DNA of 63,562 nt, filler included, from Conidiobolus incongruus B7586 (taxonomy: Eukaryota), in the NCBI GenBank assembly GCA_000697335.1. It is 6 parts of 6 records of this genome, joined end to end, with 100 filler letters (N's around TTAATTAATTAA, not from the genome) between each part and the next. Parts side by side here need not be neighbours in the genome. Positions count along the whole stretch, not along the records: positions 1 to 16,248 come from JNEM01006046.1; positions 16,349 to 37,989 come from JNEM01006048.1; 4 more parts are not named here. The stretch is one strand, 5' to 3'. Under the pieces are notes generated by a model. The model had not been told where the DNA came from. It searched no databases and saw only the letters and a list, made by a program, of their open reading frames with translations. The position numbers were made by a program, and so were the translations under genes. Of the stretch, positions 13,480 through 26,127 are shown one piece after another (the stretch's first letter is position 1; each line of letters opens with the position of its first letter).

Positions 13480-14407
13480 TGAATTGGTAAGTGAATAAAT
13501 TTATTATAGCCTTAGAACCTTTAAAATCTCTTTCAATAAGTATTTGTAGTTAAAACTGGATTTATTTTGAATTTTGGGATTAGTTAATAAATTGTAACCA
13601 AATCAGGTTTGATAGTTTGATTGTGACTATTTTCAATTTTTATATATTGTATTTTATCTATCGAACTTTGATTGTATATCAGAATATATAATAAAGGCAA
13701 TTTATTTTACACATCGTGAATAGTTCATTAAACTGATAACTTTATTGGTGTATCTAATGCCCTTCAATAAAATTGATAAAATTAAAAATTTTATAACGTA
13801 TATTTTTTAAAATCAAATTTTATATATTATTTGGTAAAACTATATTTAGCATTAATATTCCATAATTTTAAAAGAAATGATGATATTAGCATAACTTGTA
13901 ACTAAATATAATTTTTAAGATTTAGTTTTTTATCAATTACAAATTATCTTGTTACCATATTTATAAAAGATTTCATATTCGTAATAGTTTTAATAACCTA
14001 AGCTTTTAAGTCTCATTTCATAATGTATGTAAATTTATATAGCAATTTACAAGCAATTTTATAAATTGCTAATTATATCAAAATTCCCTGTTTTTCTTTT
14101 TTATAATGCTGTTACTGTGAATAAATTATTCTCAATCTTATCCTATGAATAGAATAATTATCAAATTTAATTGAACTAATTATTTTAAGACCAAATAAAC
14201 TGAATTTAATCAGCCGTAGAGATTTAAAACTAATTAATTTGTAAGTTCAGTAAAATGTGGACGCCTCGAAGTTTTACTGTTTGACTGAGCCATTATTGGA
14301 TTCAGTTTGTCGCTACTACACGTTCAGTCATTTATATACCAGCTGCTAAATATACAATTCATTTTATTCAATTAAATTAAATAATTTTTAATTGTTTAAT
14401 ATTTATT

Positions 14408-15598
14408 ATGATTTTTAATTTTCAAAGTAGGTTTATAATATTAAGTATAATTGGATCTATTGCAGGTCATTATCCGGCACCTCCAACCAATGCTGGATTT
14501 CCACAATATCCAAATATGCCAAATAGACCATCCGTGGCAATACCTCCTTTGAAGCCAATGGAACCTGCATCCGCAAATCCACCTTCTAACCCATCTTATC
14601 CAATATCACCAAATTTACCTTCTAATCCCATGAGTCCAATGTCTCCTCAAGGTCCTGCCAATCCAAACAATCCAATGGAACCTGGTTTACTGAGACCATT
14701 GGGCTATCTAACATCTCCATTATCCGCTGTGACTCATAAATTAGGAGAAGCTGCCGATTACGTTCCTGTACTAGGTTCAACAGTGAAGACACTTACCGAC
14801 GGTGTGGACAATCTAAATGATTCCATTAACAACGGTACTACTACAGAAACTGTAGTGGATTTATTGAAAACTGTTACAGGTACACTAGATTCCGCAGTGA
14901 AAACGGTTACAAACAACACACATCTTCCCGTGGATCTGGATTCGCTCTGTGGCTCGAAGGCAATCACCCCATTGATCGTAAACTACAGGCGAGGCAACTA
15001 TGTTAAAGCAGTTCTGTCTGCTAAAGATGAGTTTAACCTATGCAAAAAGGAGAGTTTGCTGACCAATACAGTTGGAAATCTCGGCCACTACCTGGGCGTG
15101 AAGAGAAAAGGAATCCAAGAAATTCCAGACGACAATATCGAGGCATTAGAAACGCTACTCACTTCCGATCACCCTAAAAACTTCAGCAAGGAAAAATCTG
15201 AAGAAATAATTGAATCATACTATCCTGATGAAGATAATTTCATTTGGAAAGTGATTAGTAAGACCGATTTAGGCAATTTATTGGATCATGGAACACTCAT
15301 CACCGCGCTAAAGACCTCCCCGCTCATCTCCTCCATTATGGAGTTCGAACTACCCGAAAACTACATGGAAGACTACGAAGCCGATTTCGAAGAGCTCAAA
15401 GATTCTGGATTAGGCGTATCTCTACTGGAGTTCGCTACCAAGACCAATTGGGACCATGTAATTCAAGATTTTAAAGACCTCGACTTGTCAAAGCTACAAT
15501 CGCAGCTTATGAAAGCTGCAACTGATGCAGCACTTGAGCAGGCCTCAGCTAAACTAGTTCCCAATTCTGTAAAATCTATATTCTCCTTTTTCAAATAA
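14408..15598 (+). CDS. Orphan secreted protein with Pro/Asn-rich N-terminal region
   Basis: 396-aa intronless ORF with coding-like GC, hydrophobic N-terminus and a PxNP-rich segment; no family recognised. Confidence 0.8.
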   Translation: MIFNFQSRFIILSIIGSIAGHYPAPPTNAGFPQYPNMPNRPSVAIPPLKPMEPASANPPSNPSYPISPNLPSNPMSPMSPQGPANPNNPMEPGLLRPLGYLTSPLSAVTHKLGEAADYVPVLGSTVKTLTDGVDNLNDSINNGTTTETVVDLLKTVTGTLDSAVKTVTNNTHLPVDLDSLCGSKAITPLIVNYRRGNYVKAVLSAKDEFNLCKKESLLTNTVGNLGHYLGVKRKGIQEIPDDNIEALETLLTSDHPKNFSKEKSEEIIESYYPDEDNFIWKVISKTDLGNLLDHGTLITALKTSPLISSIMEFELPENYMEDYEADFEELKDSGLGVSLLEFATKTNWDHVIQDFKDLDLSKLQSQLMKAATDAALEQASAKLVPNSVKSIFSFFK

Positions 15599-15656
15599 TC
15601 TTTGATAGCTAATTTGATTCATCACTAATAAAATTATAATTTAAGATAGTTTTTTA

Positions 15657-15950
15657 TTACCACAGAATTGAAGAAATTGGAAATTTTTTAATTTTTGATT
15701 TTTCAAACTTATTATTAATTTCAGAAAAAAAAATATTCAAAATAAATAGGAAAATAAATATTTTTGAACTATATATATAGATATATAGTTTTTTTAATTA
15801 AAAAAATTAACTTTTAAAGATTTATTGTTTAATTTAATTATATTTAAACTGAATAATAATCACCAAAAGTTTTTTATTTGATTATTAATAAAGATTAACC
15901 ATAAGCCTTTTAAAGTTATTTGAAATTTTTAAATAGATTTTAAAAATGGT
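15657..15950 (+). repeat. Copy of an AT-rich dispersed repeat (putative TIR/MITE arm)
   Basis: Alignable by eye to the reverse complement of 38090-38374 (e.g. aatcaccaaaagtttttt...taaccataagcc vs aatcatcaaaagttttt...taaccataaacc). Confidence 0.6.
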
Positions 15951-16248
15951 GTTTTATTTAAATCAACTATTTATTACTAGTTCTATTATTTTAAAGCTTA
16001 AATGAATATTTTTAAAATTTATTAAAATTTTAAAAGAATTATTAAATTTTATATTTTTGTTATTAATAGAATAAAAAAAATATTAATAAATATTTTTTTA
16101 TTTTAGTTAAAAAGTTATTAAAACATTTTAATATTAATTATATAAGGATATTTTATATATTAAAATTTAAATTTAAAATAATTTATAAAAATATCAATTA
16201 AATACTTTATAGTTTAATTAAATTTTAAAATGGTTAAAATAATTATTA

Positions 16249-16348
16249 NNNNNNNNNNNNNNNNNNNNNNNNNNNNNNNNNNNNNNNNNNNNTTAATTAA
16301 TTAANNNNNNNNNNNNNNNNNNNNNNNNNNNNNNNNNNNNNNNNNNNN
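16249..16348. other. Assembly gap with artificial TTAATTAATTAA linker
   Basis: N44-TTAATTAATTAA-N44; an identical construct occurs at five places. Confidence 0.97.
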
Positions 16349-18050
16349 TTATTAATATTTATATTAACTTGATTAATGATATTAAAATTTAAAATTTAAT
16401 ATAATCAATTTATTTTTTAGACTATTTATTTCAAAACATAAAATATAAATATAAAAATTTTATTAATTTAACAAATTTTCATAATATTATTGTTTTTATT
16501 GTCATCATATTTATATATATTCAATATATTATATTTTGGAGAATAATTAATTTAAATTAATAATTAATTTATTTTTATGATACCATCATAATGATATAAT
16601 TGTTTATCATCAATTTTTTAAAATAAATATTATTATCCAATAAATACTCACTATTTATGGAAAAAGATATCATAATTTATATTTTAAAAATCAAATTTTA
16701 TAATATTTATCCAGAAAATGATTTTAGTTATTTTAAATATAAATCTTGGGGAAAACACAGTATTAACTTTATTATAGCAAATATTGTAATGAATTGACTA
16801 AAGCTTTGACTTTACAATTAAAATATTAACTGTATAATAAATTATAGTAATATTTTCAATTCAGCAGTCTCTAATCTTGTTAACCACGATACATCTAACG
16901 ATCATATATGGCCCATAAAAATATATAGAAATTGTGTATAAGAATCAAAACATAATTTTTTTTGGTAATATCCTATAGATTAAAAGAAATGAAATTGAAA
17001 TTTATTAATATTTCAATACCATTATGAATAATATCGATAATATCCTCAATATAAAATTATCAATTAATAATAAGCTGCTCAAAATCAATATAATTTTTAT
17101 AAAACACTGATTTACAGAAAATAATATTAGAGTTGATTACTTGGTATTATCTACCCCTTTTAATATCAAAATCCAAAGTTTAATATATATTAAGGATATA
17201 TGTATAACTTCGAAGTATGTAAATTCTAATTATATATATATATATATATCCAAAATCTAATCACTTCGTTAATTCAAAAAACAGAATAATTCATTTTAAT
17301 TCCATTAATATTTAAATCAATTTTTCTAAAATATAAAATTGTATCCAAAAGACATTTCAAAATATTAGGTATTATGATAATTTGACCCTATTCAAAACTT
17401 TGAAAAGCTCCATGATAAGTGAAAATTATATCAATTAGTTAGTTTGTTCAAGAATTTAATATATTTTATTATGATGTTTTCTATGAATGAATTAGTCAAA
17501 TATATTATTTATTTTGAAACATTCAAATCAATCTAATTATTAATAATTAAATCTAATAAAATAATAATAACAATTTAAAACGCAAATGCTGTTAAATTTT
17601 ATAGTAAACTATCAATAAATGTTTGTTTTGATAATTTTGCACAGCATTTTATGAATCATTATTAGGAATATTTTTTAGTGTATCAACAAATCAGTTTCGA
17701 ATTAGAATCAACCATAAATTTGAGCTTATAGCAGAGTTACCATAAAAGAATAATTGGAGTAGGCTTAATTTGATTCAAATTAAATTCATTGAAACAGCAG
17801 TAATCTCAAGTTTCAGTTGTTGATAACTGTTAAATAAGATTTAGAGATTTGGTAACGTTTTAAATTTGGTGTTAGTCGTTTCAAAGTTTATAAAAGATTT
17901 AGTAGTAACGTTGCATATGTCAAGTAAATTTCTTCTAACATGTTTTGATACCTTTATTAATAGATCCAACTAGCATATAAATTAACACTTTAAATTCTTT
18001 ATTGTTAATAATCTAATATCCTATCTATTCCATTAATTTATTATTGAATC

Positions 18051-19619
18051 ATGATAGTTAATCACTTTATTCAATTAATCCTGATAAGCTCATTGAGTGG
18101 AGTGATGATTATTGATAGTAATATGAGAGGTGCCTCAATGGTTGAACTAGATCCTTATCAAGAAAGAGCAAAATTAAATCCTTTGAAAGCTCCCTCAAAA
18201 CAGTCTGAAGATTCTGAAATTCGTCCACGCTACTCTGAATCAAGCTATCCATTCCCCAACGAATCGGATTATGAACTAGAAACTTATCATTTGGTGACTG
18301 GAGATATGGACCATTCCCCAAAATTGATTTCTGTTGAAACATTGGATAGTGATCTGGAATCTTTAAATTCTGAAATTCCTCTGGATTCAGAATCTGAATT
18401 TAGTATGGACTCAAGCGCAATGGCATCAAAGTCCCATAATACTCCCAGTGTCTTATTAATCGAGCCTGAAGATGAAGTTCAAGAAGCCAGAGATAGCGAA
18501 GTCAAGTTTGTCGATTTTAGCTACCCTGAATACTCCAAACCTTATGACTATCCAGTTCCAACTTCGTATGCACCCAGAGTAAATGTCTATCCCGCAATGC
18601 CTGGACCTACCGCATTACCTTTCAGTCATCCTGCTTCTGGAATGATTACCCAAGATGAAGATATCGAATGGGACAACGATATGAATATGATTCCTGTTGG
18701 AATTTATTCAGAAAAATGCCCAGTATATATTGTCACTAAAACTATTGTTATTACTCAAGATATGCCTAAACCTAGTGCACAAGTTCATCACTCAATGCCT
18801 TTGACTTCTCATTTCCCATTACATGCCACTAATATGCATCCAAAGCCTAGTAGAAATCCATATGAAAATCAGGTTGAAGAAGAAGACGAGGATGACGATA
18901 AAGATGATAGGATTGGTGGTCAAAGTGAATCTATTAAGAGCACCTCAGAACCAGTAATAGTTATCGTTCAAAACACTCCTCAGGGTCCAACTTTCATTCC
19001 TATGATACCTCCAATGATGGGATCAGAAGAAGTTGAATGGAGCAGTGTTTTTGCTGTAGATGATGCTCAACCAGGTTCTCAATCTTTGTCTGCAGCATCA
19101 ACTCCCAGTGCTCCCACAGCTCAGCTCCAACCTCAGTCCACTCCTCCGACCCAAGCCTTACCACCAAATCCCCTCCCAACATTAGCGCCGGTTCCATCCT
19201 TTACTTCAGCATCATCTCAATCACAGCCGCAATCACAGGCTCCAACATTAACCAATGAACCTAATCCAAATACCATTACAACCTCCGCTCTATCTGCACT
19301 ATATAATGCATACCTTCAAACAAATCAACAAATTATCGAAAATGGGCTTCAAGTTCAACAGCAGCAACAGCGTGAACAGATCCAGCAGCAGCAAGCTCAG
19401 GTAGCGGCTCAGCAGCAACAACAGCAACTCCAAAACCAGCAGATGGAAACCATGCTTTCAATGTATCAACCACTTCCTGCAATGCAAAATCGTGCAGCCG
19501 ACTCCCAGCCTCAGAATAATCCCAGCGGACAATTATTGGTCGCTTCAGGAACCGAATCAATTACTTATCCAATGTGGACACCTCAGATGAATCAAAACCC
19601 TAATTATTCAACTTATTAA
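18051..19619 (+). CDS. Orphan secreted low-complexity (S/P/Q/E-rich) protein
   Basis: 522-aa intronless ORF with a signal-peptide-like start, acidic and P/S/T-rich middle and polyQ C-terminal part. Confidence 0.8.
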   Translation: MIVNHFIQLILISSLSGVMIIDSNMRGASMVELDPYQERAKLNPLKAPSKQSEDSEIRPRYSESSYPFPNESDYELETYHLVTGDMDHSPKLISVETLDSDLESLNSEIPLDSESEFSMDSSAMASKSHNTPSVLLIEPEDEVQEARDSEVKFVDFSYPEYSKPYDYPVPTSYAPRVNVYPAMPGPTALPFSHPASGMITQDEDIEWDNDMNMIPVGIYSEKCPVYIVTKTIVITQDMPKPSAQVHHSMPLTSHFPLHATNMHPKPSRNPYENQVEEEDEDDDKDDRIGGQSESIKSTSEPVIVIVQNTPQGPTFIPMIPPMMGSEEVEWSSVFAVDDAQPGSQSLSAASTPSAPTAQLQPQSTPPTQALPPNPLPTLAPVPSFTSASSQSQPQSQAPTLTNEPNPNTITTSALSALYNAYLQTNQQIIENGLQVQQQQQREQIQQQQAQVAAQQQQQQLQNQQMETMLSMYQPLPAMQNRAADSQPQNNPSGQLLVASGTESITYPMWTPQMNQNPNYSTY

Positions 19620-19823
19620 TTAATATTCAATTGAGGCTTATAGCTGGAAATATATAATTTTTCATTATTCAAGGGGTTCTTCGAATTGAAAATTGTAGAA
19701 TCATTGAATTATTGTAATATTTTTATAATTATATTAACTAAATTATTTGTTTTGATAAATAAACTTTTTTCTGGAAAATTATTTTGTATAAAGTAAAAAT
19801 ACAAGTGAAAAAGAATTATTATA

Positions 19824-19846
19824 TGCCACCACCGTGGATTGAACAC

Positions 19847-19889
<43 letters not shown>

Positions 19890-19896
19890 AAGCAGC
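19824..19896 (-). tRNA. tRNA-Phe(GAA)
   Basis: GCUGCUU UA GCUC AGUUGGGA GAGC G UCAGA CUGAAGA UCUGA AGGUC CCGUG UUCAAUC CACGG UGGUGGC A; cloverleaf with a weak acceptor stem. Confidence 0.9.
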
Positions 19897-20210
19897 ATGT
19901 CCAACAGAATCGATTGAATATTAAAATCTATATTGATTTATATCAAAATATTAAAGAAATTTTTCATTATTTATTTTTGAATTTATCTTCCTCATTTTTT
20001 TATAAATATTTTCCACATATTATATCTTTTTCATTCTATATATATTTATATTTATATTATCATATTTTGTTAAAAATTACGCAAATTTCATTTATCCCAC
20101 AATTTTGATTATACTAATTCAAATCTTTTGATAAATCCTAAATTTTTGTCTACCACTCCCTTTTTTAAATTGGTTATTAAATCAATTAATTAAACTAAAT
20201 ATCCAACAAA

Positions 20211-20648
20211 ATGGGTAAAGGAAAACCAAGAGGAATTCAGGCCGCTCGTAAATTACGTACCCACCGTCGTGACCAACGTTGGGCTGATAAGGCTTATAAG
20301 AAGCGTGCCTTAGGTACCGCTTTCAAATCTTCCCCCTTCGGTGGTTCTTCTCACGCTAAGGGAATTGTTTTGGAAAAGATCGGTGTTGAATCCAAGCAAC
20401 CTAACTCCGCTATTCGTAAGTGTGTCCGTGTCCAATTGATCAAGAACGGTAAAAAGATCACTGCTTTCGTCCCCAACGACGGTTGTTTGAACTATGTCGA
20501 TGAAAACGACGAAGTTTTGATTTCCGGTTTCGGTCGTCGTGGTAAGGCCGTTGGTGATATTCCTGGTGTTCGTTTCAAGGTTGTTAAAGTTTCTGGTGTC
20601 TCCCTCCTTGCCTTATACAAGGAAAAGAAGGAAAAGCCCCGTTCTTAA
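20211..20648 (+). CDS. RPS23: 40S ribosomal protein S23 (uS12), intronless
   Basis: MGKGKPRG...[27 protein letters not shown]...KEKKEKPRS, near-invariant sequence with strong codon bias. Confidence 0.99.
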   Translation: MGKGKPRGIQAARKLRTHRRDQRWADKAYKKRALGTAFKSSPFGGSSHAKGIVLEKIGVESKQPNSAIRKCVRVQLIKNGKKITAFVPNDGCLNYVDENDEVLISGFGRRGKAVGDIPGVRFKVVKVSGVSLLALYKEKKEKPRS

Positions 20649-22472
20649 GTATTTTTATCTCGAGTTCTGGACCTTTCAAGTTCCTCCGCAATAAATCAAT
20701 TTATTGTGAAGATTTTTTCGGCGCTTGTTAACTATTTGGCTCTCTTCCACCCTGCCGCCCTCTCTCAGTTGATTTTTGTCAAATTTCAAACTAGTATAGT
20801 TCAATAGTTAAATTAGATCCTTCCAAAATATGAATTAACCTAAATTGATCATATAACCTACTTGATTGTTCACCCTTACAAGGTTTGTATTTATTTCAAT
20901 TTATTTTTTTTATTTCACTCTTTGCTGTTTTAGATTTCGAATCACATTCAATTCCTTTTCTGAAACATGGATCATTTTACAAATGCTAAACAATACATTT
21001 ACACTATTCGATTCATTTGATATATTTCTCAATTACCATTATATTTTGCAAGTTCACTTAGGCTGAAGAATTTACTGTAATGTTGGCTTACCTTTTTCAA
21101 TCTTTAAAATTTCTTTTGGATTGAAACATACTGAATATCTGTTTTTTGCTTCATTTATTTTATCCATATTTGATTTCTCTTTCGAATAATACACTGACAT
21201 TAGACTTTTTCAACTTTTGTTCTCGTCTTCATTTGAATCTGGTTTTCTGATCTAATAATTTAAATCTATACACTCGGTTTCATTCTTACATTTAATTTCC
21301 AAATACAATTTTTCATTTTCTTGAATTTCTATCTGTTAAGTATTATCCACATCAAATATCTAACAAATTTAATCAACTTGCATAGTGTAATTGTTATTTA
21401 AAACATTAATACTCTGAACTTGAATAACTTTAACTTGTTTTCTAGTTTATGAATTATTTACAATTATATATTTAACATCGAATTATTTTTAGAATTGATT
21501 ATTATATTAGAAATAAAAATTCATATTTTTGATTATTGTTTTTATTTTCACAAATAATTTGTAACAATATACCATATAATCATTTTAATCATTAATCAAC
21601 ATTTAAATCTTTAATAATTTTCCAACATTTTGCTTAAATAGTAAAATAACAAGATATTTTATACATTATTACCTACATATATAAGCAAATATATCAATAT
21701 TTCTATATACCTTTCATATTAGAAAATGTTATACTCTAATAAGTAAATTCGAGAATATATTCTCAAATTTAAATATATTTAATCTAAAAATTAATTTTAT
21801 TGTATATAACATTATTAAAGTTTTAATATTTTATCGAATAAAATTGAGTTTAAAACAGTGTTTTTTAAAACATTCCTTAATTATATATTTGTTCTCATAT
21901 TAAATTCTTTTATATAAAAAATAATTTTAAATTCAATTTATATATTCACCATAGGTGTTATTAATTCTAAAGTATAAAGATATTACCTATTCATTATAAA
22001 ATTCTTCAGCAAATTGACATGTTATATATCAATTTTTTTTAAAATATAAACTTCGAAAAAGTGAATGAATGAATATCACTTATAAGCGAATTTGGATAGA
22101 ATTGTAAGATAGTTGTAAGATTATTTTTTTATTGGTTGTAATATATTTAGCTTTGTATTTTATTAAATTTTCTCAATCATTTAATTGTTATATATATGTC
22201 TGTGAAAAGATATAGCGTTGATGGGCTTTACATTTTGGTCAGCATTAGTATATCTTCTACAATACAATATTAAAACATTGATAATTTTATATTTAGTATC
22301 GAAGAATTTGGATATTTGATTGAGCACTGAAATTATTATATACAAAATTATGATTGTATTACAAAGGCTTCAAAATCGTGTTAAAATATAAAGGAGTTTT
22401 TTGTTTGAAGTTACTTTATTTTTATGAATACTAAAGCTGAAACATGAAAACTCAAAAATTCGGTTAAAAAAT

Positions 22473-24138
22473 CTAATCCAAATCGATCGTTGATCCGCGC
22501 TTGATGCTACCCCAACCAATAAGACTAAACAAAGAATAATTAGTATACCATATATTAAAATGAAATTAATTAACTCACCGCCAGTGTTTGTCAATACGAC
22601 GAGAAAGGGCAATCTTTTCACCAACTTCAGTACAAGTGGGAGAAGTCAAGACGATCTTAGCAAGATCACCTTTAACGGACTTGACAATACCACCTGTGGA
22701 GGTAGAACCAATGTTGACCATTAAAGTTTCGGCCTTGGAAAGCTTTTGAACCTTAGCGGCTTTCTTGTCATCGGTCTTGACACCAACAAGACGACGCAAA
22801 AGGAAGAAGTTAATTTCTAATTCAGTGTAGACGGCGGGAAGAGTACCGACAGCACCCAAAACTTGACCTACTAAACGATCGGCACGACATAAAGTGGGAT
22901 CAATCTTGGTACCAACACCAATTAAACCACCAGGAACAGCAAAGCGAAGTTGATTTTGTTCAGTGTTGAGAGAGACAATTTTGGAGAAAATAGGCTTACA
23001 GATGAAGCGACCTTCAGAATCCTTGGAGACGATACCGGGTCTGACTTCGACCTTTTCACCAAGCTTGAGAACACCTTTAAGTAAGGAACCACCAGCAACA
23101 CCACCCTTGAGATCATCAACTTCAGCGCCAGGCTTATTGACGTCGAAACTACGGATAACAATCATTCTGGGATCGGAAGTGAAATCTCTAGGGGGAATGG
23201 GAATGTTCTTAACAATGTATTCATTGACAGCGTCAATGTTGTATTTCAATTGGGCGGAAATGGGGACAATGGGAGCGCCTTCAGCACCAGTACCTTGGAC
23301 GAATTCCAAGATATCTTGGTATTGGGAGGCGGCAGCTTCAGGTTTGATTAGATCAACCTTATTTTGTAAAACAATGATGTTTTTAAGCTTCATGATTTCA
23401 ATAGCAGCTAAATGTTCAGAGGTTTGGGGTTGGGGACAGGTTTCATTACCAGCGATAAGTAAAAGAGCAGCATCCATTACAGCAGCACCGTTTAACATAG
23501 TAGCCATTAAAATATCGTGCCCGGGACAATCGACGAAAGAAACGTGACGGAGAAGACGATAAGTACCAGTACAACCTTCTCTTTCACAAGGAGGATTGTC
23601 TTCCTTGTCACTTCTGAAAGATCTATAACATCCGGGGCGAGGACAATCGGGAGAATCACACTTGTAAATCTAAAGAAATAAATATAAATTATTTTGAATT
23701 TAACATAATATTTAGAATTAAATACTTTGGCGTTAGCATAACCCAACTTAATAGTAATATTACGTTCTAATTCGTTCTTAAATCTGACGGTCTAAAATTG
23801 AAAATTAATATTGCTTATTAATATATTATAATGATAATTATATTACATGAACTCCTGAAATAGCTTTGACGACGGTAGATTTACCATGAGCTACGTGACC
23901 AATGGTACCTAAATAAAAAAAATTAATAAAATTGCTTTTTATATATTTACTAAAGTAAATTTCAAATTTTGATCAAATAAGGGGTTAATCATCCCATAAT
24001 AATCTGAGGATATTGCTAAAATTAAAACAAAGAGGAGTGATTACCAATATTAATAGTAGCTTGTTTAGAAATAACTTCAGGATGTAAAGGGTGAAGAGTA
24101 GTAGGGTCAATATTGACAGTTTCAATTTCAGTAGCCAT
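22473..24138 (-). CDS. GCD11: Translation initiation factor eIF2 gamma; exons 24138-24045, 23908-23847, 23791-23726, 23669-22579, 22524-22473
   Basis: [62 protein letters not shown] and [13 protein letters not shown]. Confidence 0.97.
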
Positions 24139-24589
24139 ATTTGCAATAACTCAAAAAATCAACGATAATATATATATTTTAAAATGAATAATAATAAGAG
24201 AAAATTTTTAATATTGAATTATCAAGTTTAATTGAATATTAAAATTACTATTCTTTATAATTAATAATAAACTATTATTATTCCGTCAATTAATGATGAT
24301 TTTTTGGGGAATAGAAAATTCGATCTTAAATTAATCTTTATCTACAAACAAGTTATGGGATCTGAAATATATCCTAATATTAATGATTTAATTTCATATT
24401 TATAATGAATTTCAATGAGATAAAAAATAAAATATTTTGATTGAAAAAATCTTTAATCATTACACTAATTATATTCTGTTAATTTATCAAACCTTAGCGT
24501 ACTACAACCCGAAATAATAAATCAGATCAATTCATGAACAAACTGCACTGAATATTGTCTTGAACAAAAATTTAAATTTCCTACCGCTT

Positions 24590-25333
24590 TATAATAATCT
24601 AAATTACCAAATATCATACTGAATATTGTCTCTTGGACAACAATCTGTTATGTAATTTGATTATTATCTATGGAAGTTGAATAAATATCGGTTTCCAGGA
24701 GATAAAATATAGAGTATATTTCTTTAATAATCCATTCCTTGAGTGTGGAATGATTAGCAGATTGCATTAATTCAACAATATTGGATATTGTTTCAACTAA
24801 TTCTAAATATTCATTTTTGCCAGGGTTGAGATTGGATTAGGATAGACATATATCAAGTTTTGCAAGTAAATTGTCCACTAGGAGGGGAGTTTAATAGAAT
24901 TGGTAAATGCTGGATCTATTAGCTCATGTTTTGATATCTATTAAGTTGGCATAATGTAAATAAGATCTGAGTATCTAATAGTGGCTGTACTTTTAACAAT
25001 TGATCCATATTACATTTTTAATAAAACTAGATTTAGTATTAAAATGATAGACTATTTCGGTAGGTTTAGGGTTGTATAGAGGACCTGGTAATACTGAGGA
25101 TTTGGATTCAATTTGAAATCATATTCGGATACATAAAACATAGAACGATAACACCATAATAGGTAATGCTTATTCAAAAATGTATTTCAACATATACTAC
25201 ATTTGGATGTGCTTTTAGAATTCGATCATTTGCTGAATTCTTGATCATTGGACCGGTGTGATTGTGTTATATTGTTGTTTGTAGATGATTCATCCATACC
25301 TTGTTTTATTCTTTTAAATTGTAAATTAGTCAT
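24590..25333 (-). pseudogene. Degenerate coding relic of an unidentified gene
   Basis: ATG at 25333 (MTNLQFKRIKQ...) followed by coding-like composition broken by several stops and frameshifts; no family recognised. Confidence 0.3.
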
Positions 25334-26127
25334 TTTCGAATGTCATATTAGAAATTTGATCGAATTTAGTTGCTGATTTTTTAGGATTTTTGAATTGGTA
25401 TATTTTTAATATAATTAAGCAAGTATAATTTAAAAAATTCTAGTAATAAAACAGATTTATTTAGTCAGTTTCATCTTTCAACATCCCAGATTATATATAA
25501 ATTATTATCGATTATATTTCAATTATACATTTATATAGTAAATTATGTAATGGTTATATATAAAGGTTAACTTCGAAAATTATAATATTTCAATATCTGA
25601 ATTCAAGAGTAAAATTAAAATGACAGATATTAAAATAATCCGATAAGTTATATCAACCAAATAATCTATCCATTTTCTAATAGGAATAGCATGGTTTATG
25701 TTTTTTTATTAAATTAAAATTGATCCTTTTTCTGTGAATCGATTTATTTCATATCCACCAGATATGTTTATTTTATCCAATATTTTTTTTTTGATATTTT
25801 TATAAACTCTTCAGATTTTGATGGGATAAATATTATTAAAGTATACATTTTTGGGGTTTGCTATATTGATGAAACTGATTTTTTTTAGGATTTATTATAA
25901 TATTATAATATTAAATATTTTATGTTTATATTTATTCAAGATATGAAGTTATTGAAAATTCAAGCCGTCCCATAATATCCTGTCAGCAATATTCAACTTA
26001 AATACACCTTAAACTGATTTTGATGGACATCACAAAATTTAATCGTGATTTATAATCAAAAAAAGCATATAGTTCATAATATAAATTAAAATTTAAATAT
26101 CAAAATAGATTTAATGATTATGATATA

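Noticed and set aside
16293..16304. Palindromic TTAATTAATTAA repeated five times in the window
   Set aside because: Always centred within N-runs of identical length; it is a scaffolding linker with stops in all frames, not biology.
19839..20108. 89-aa ORF on the + strand
   Set aside because: Starts at TTG inside the antisense of tRNA-Phe and runs into low-complexity AT-rich promoter DNA.
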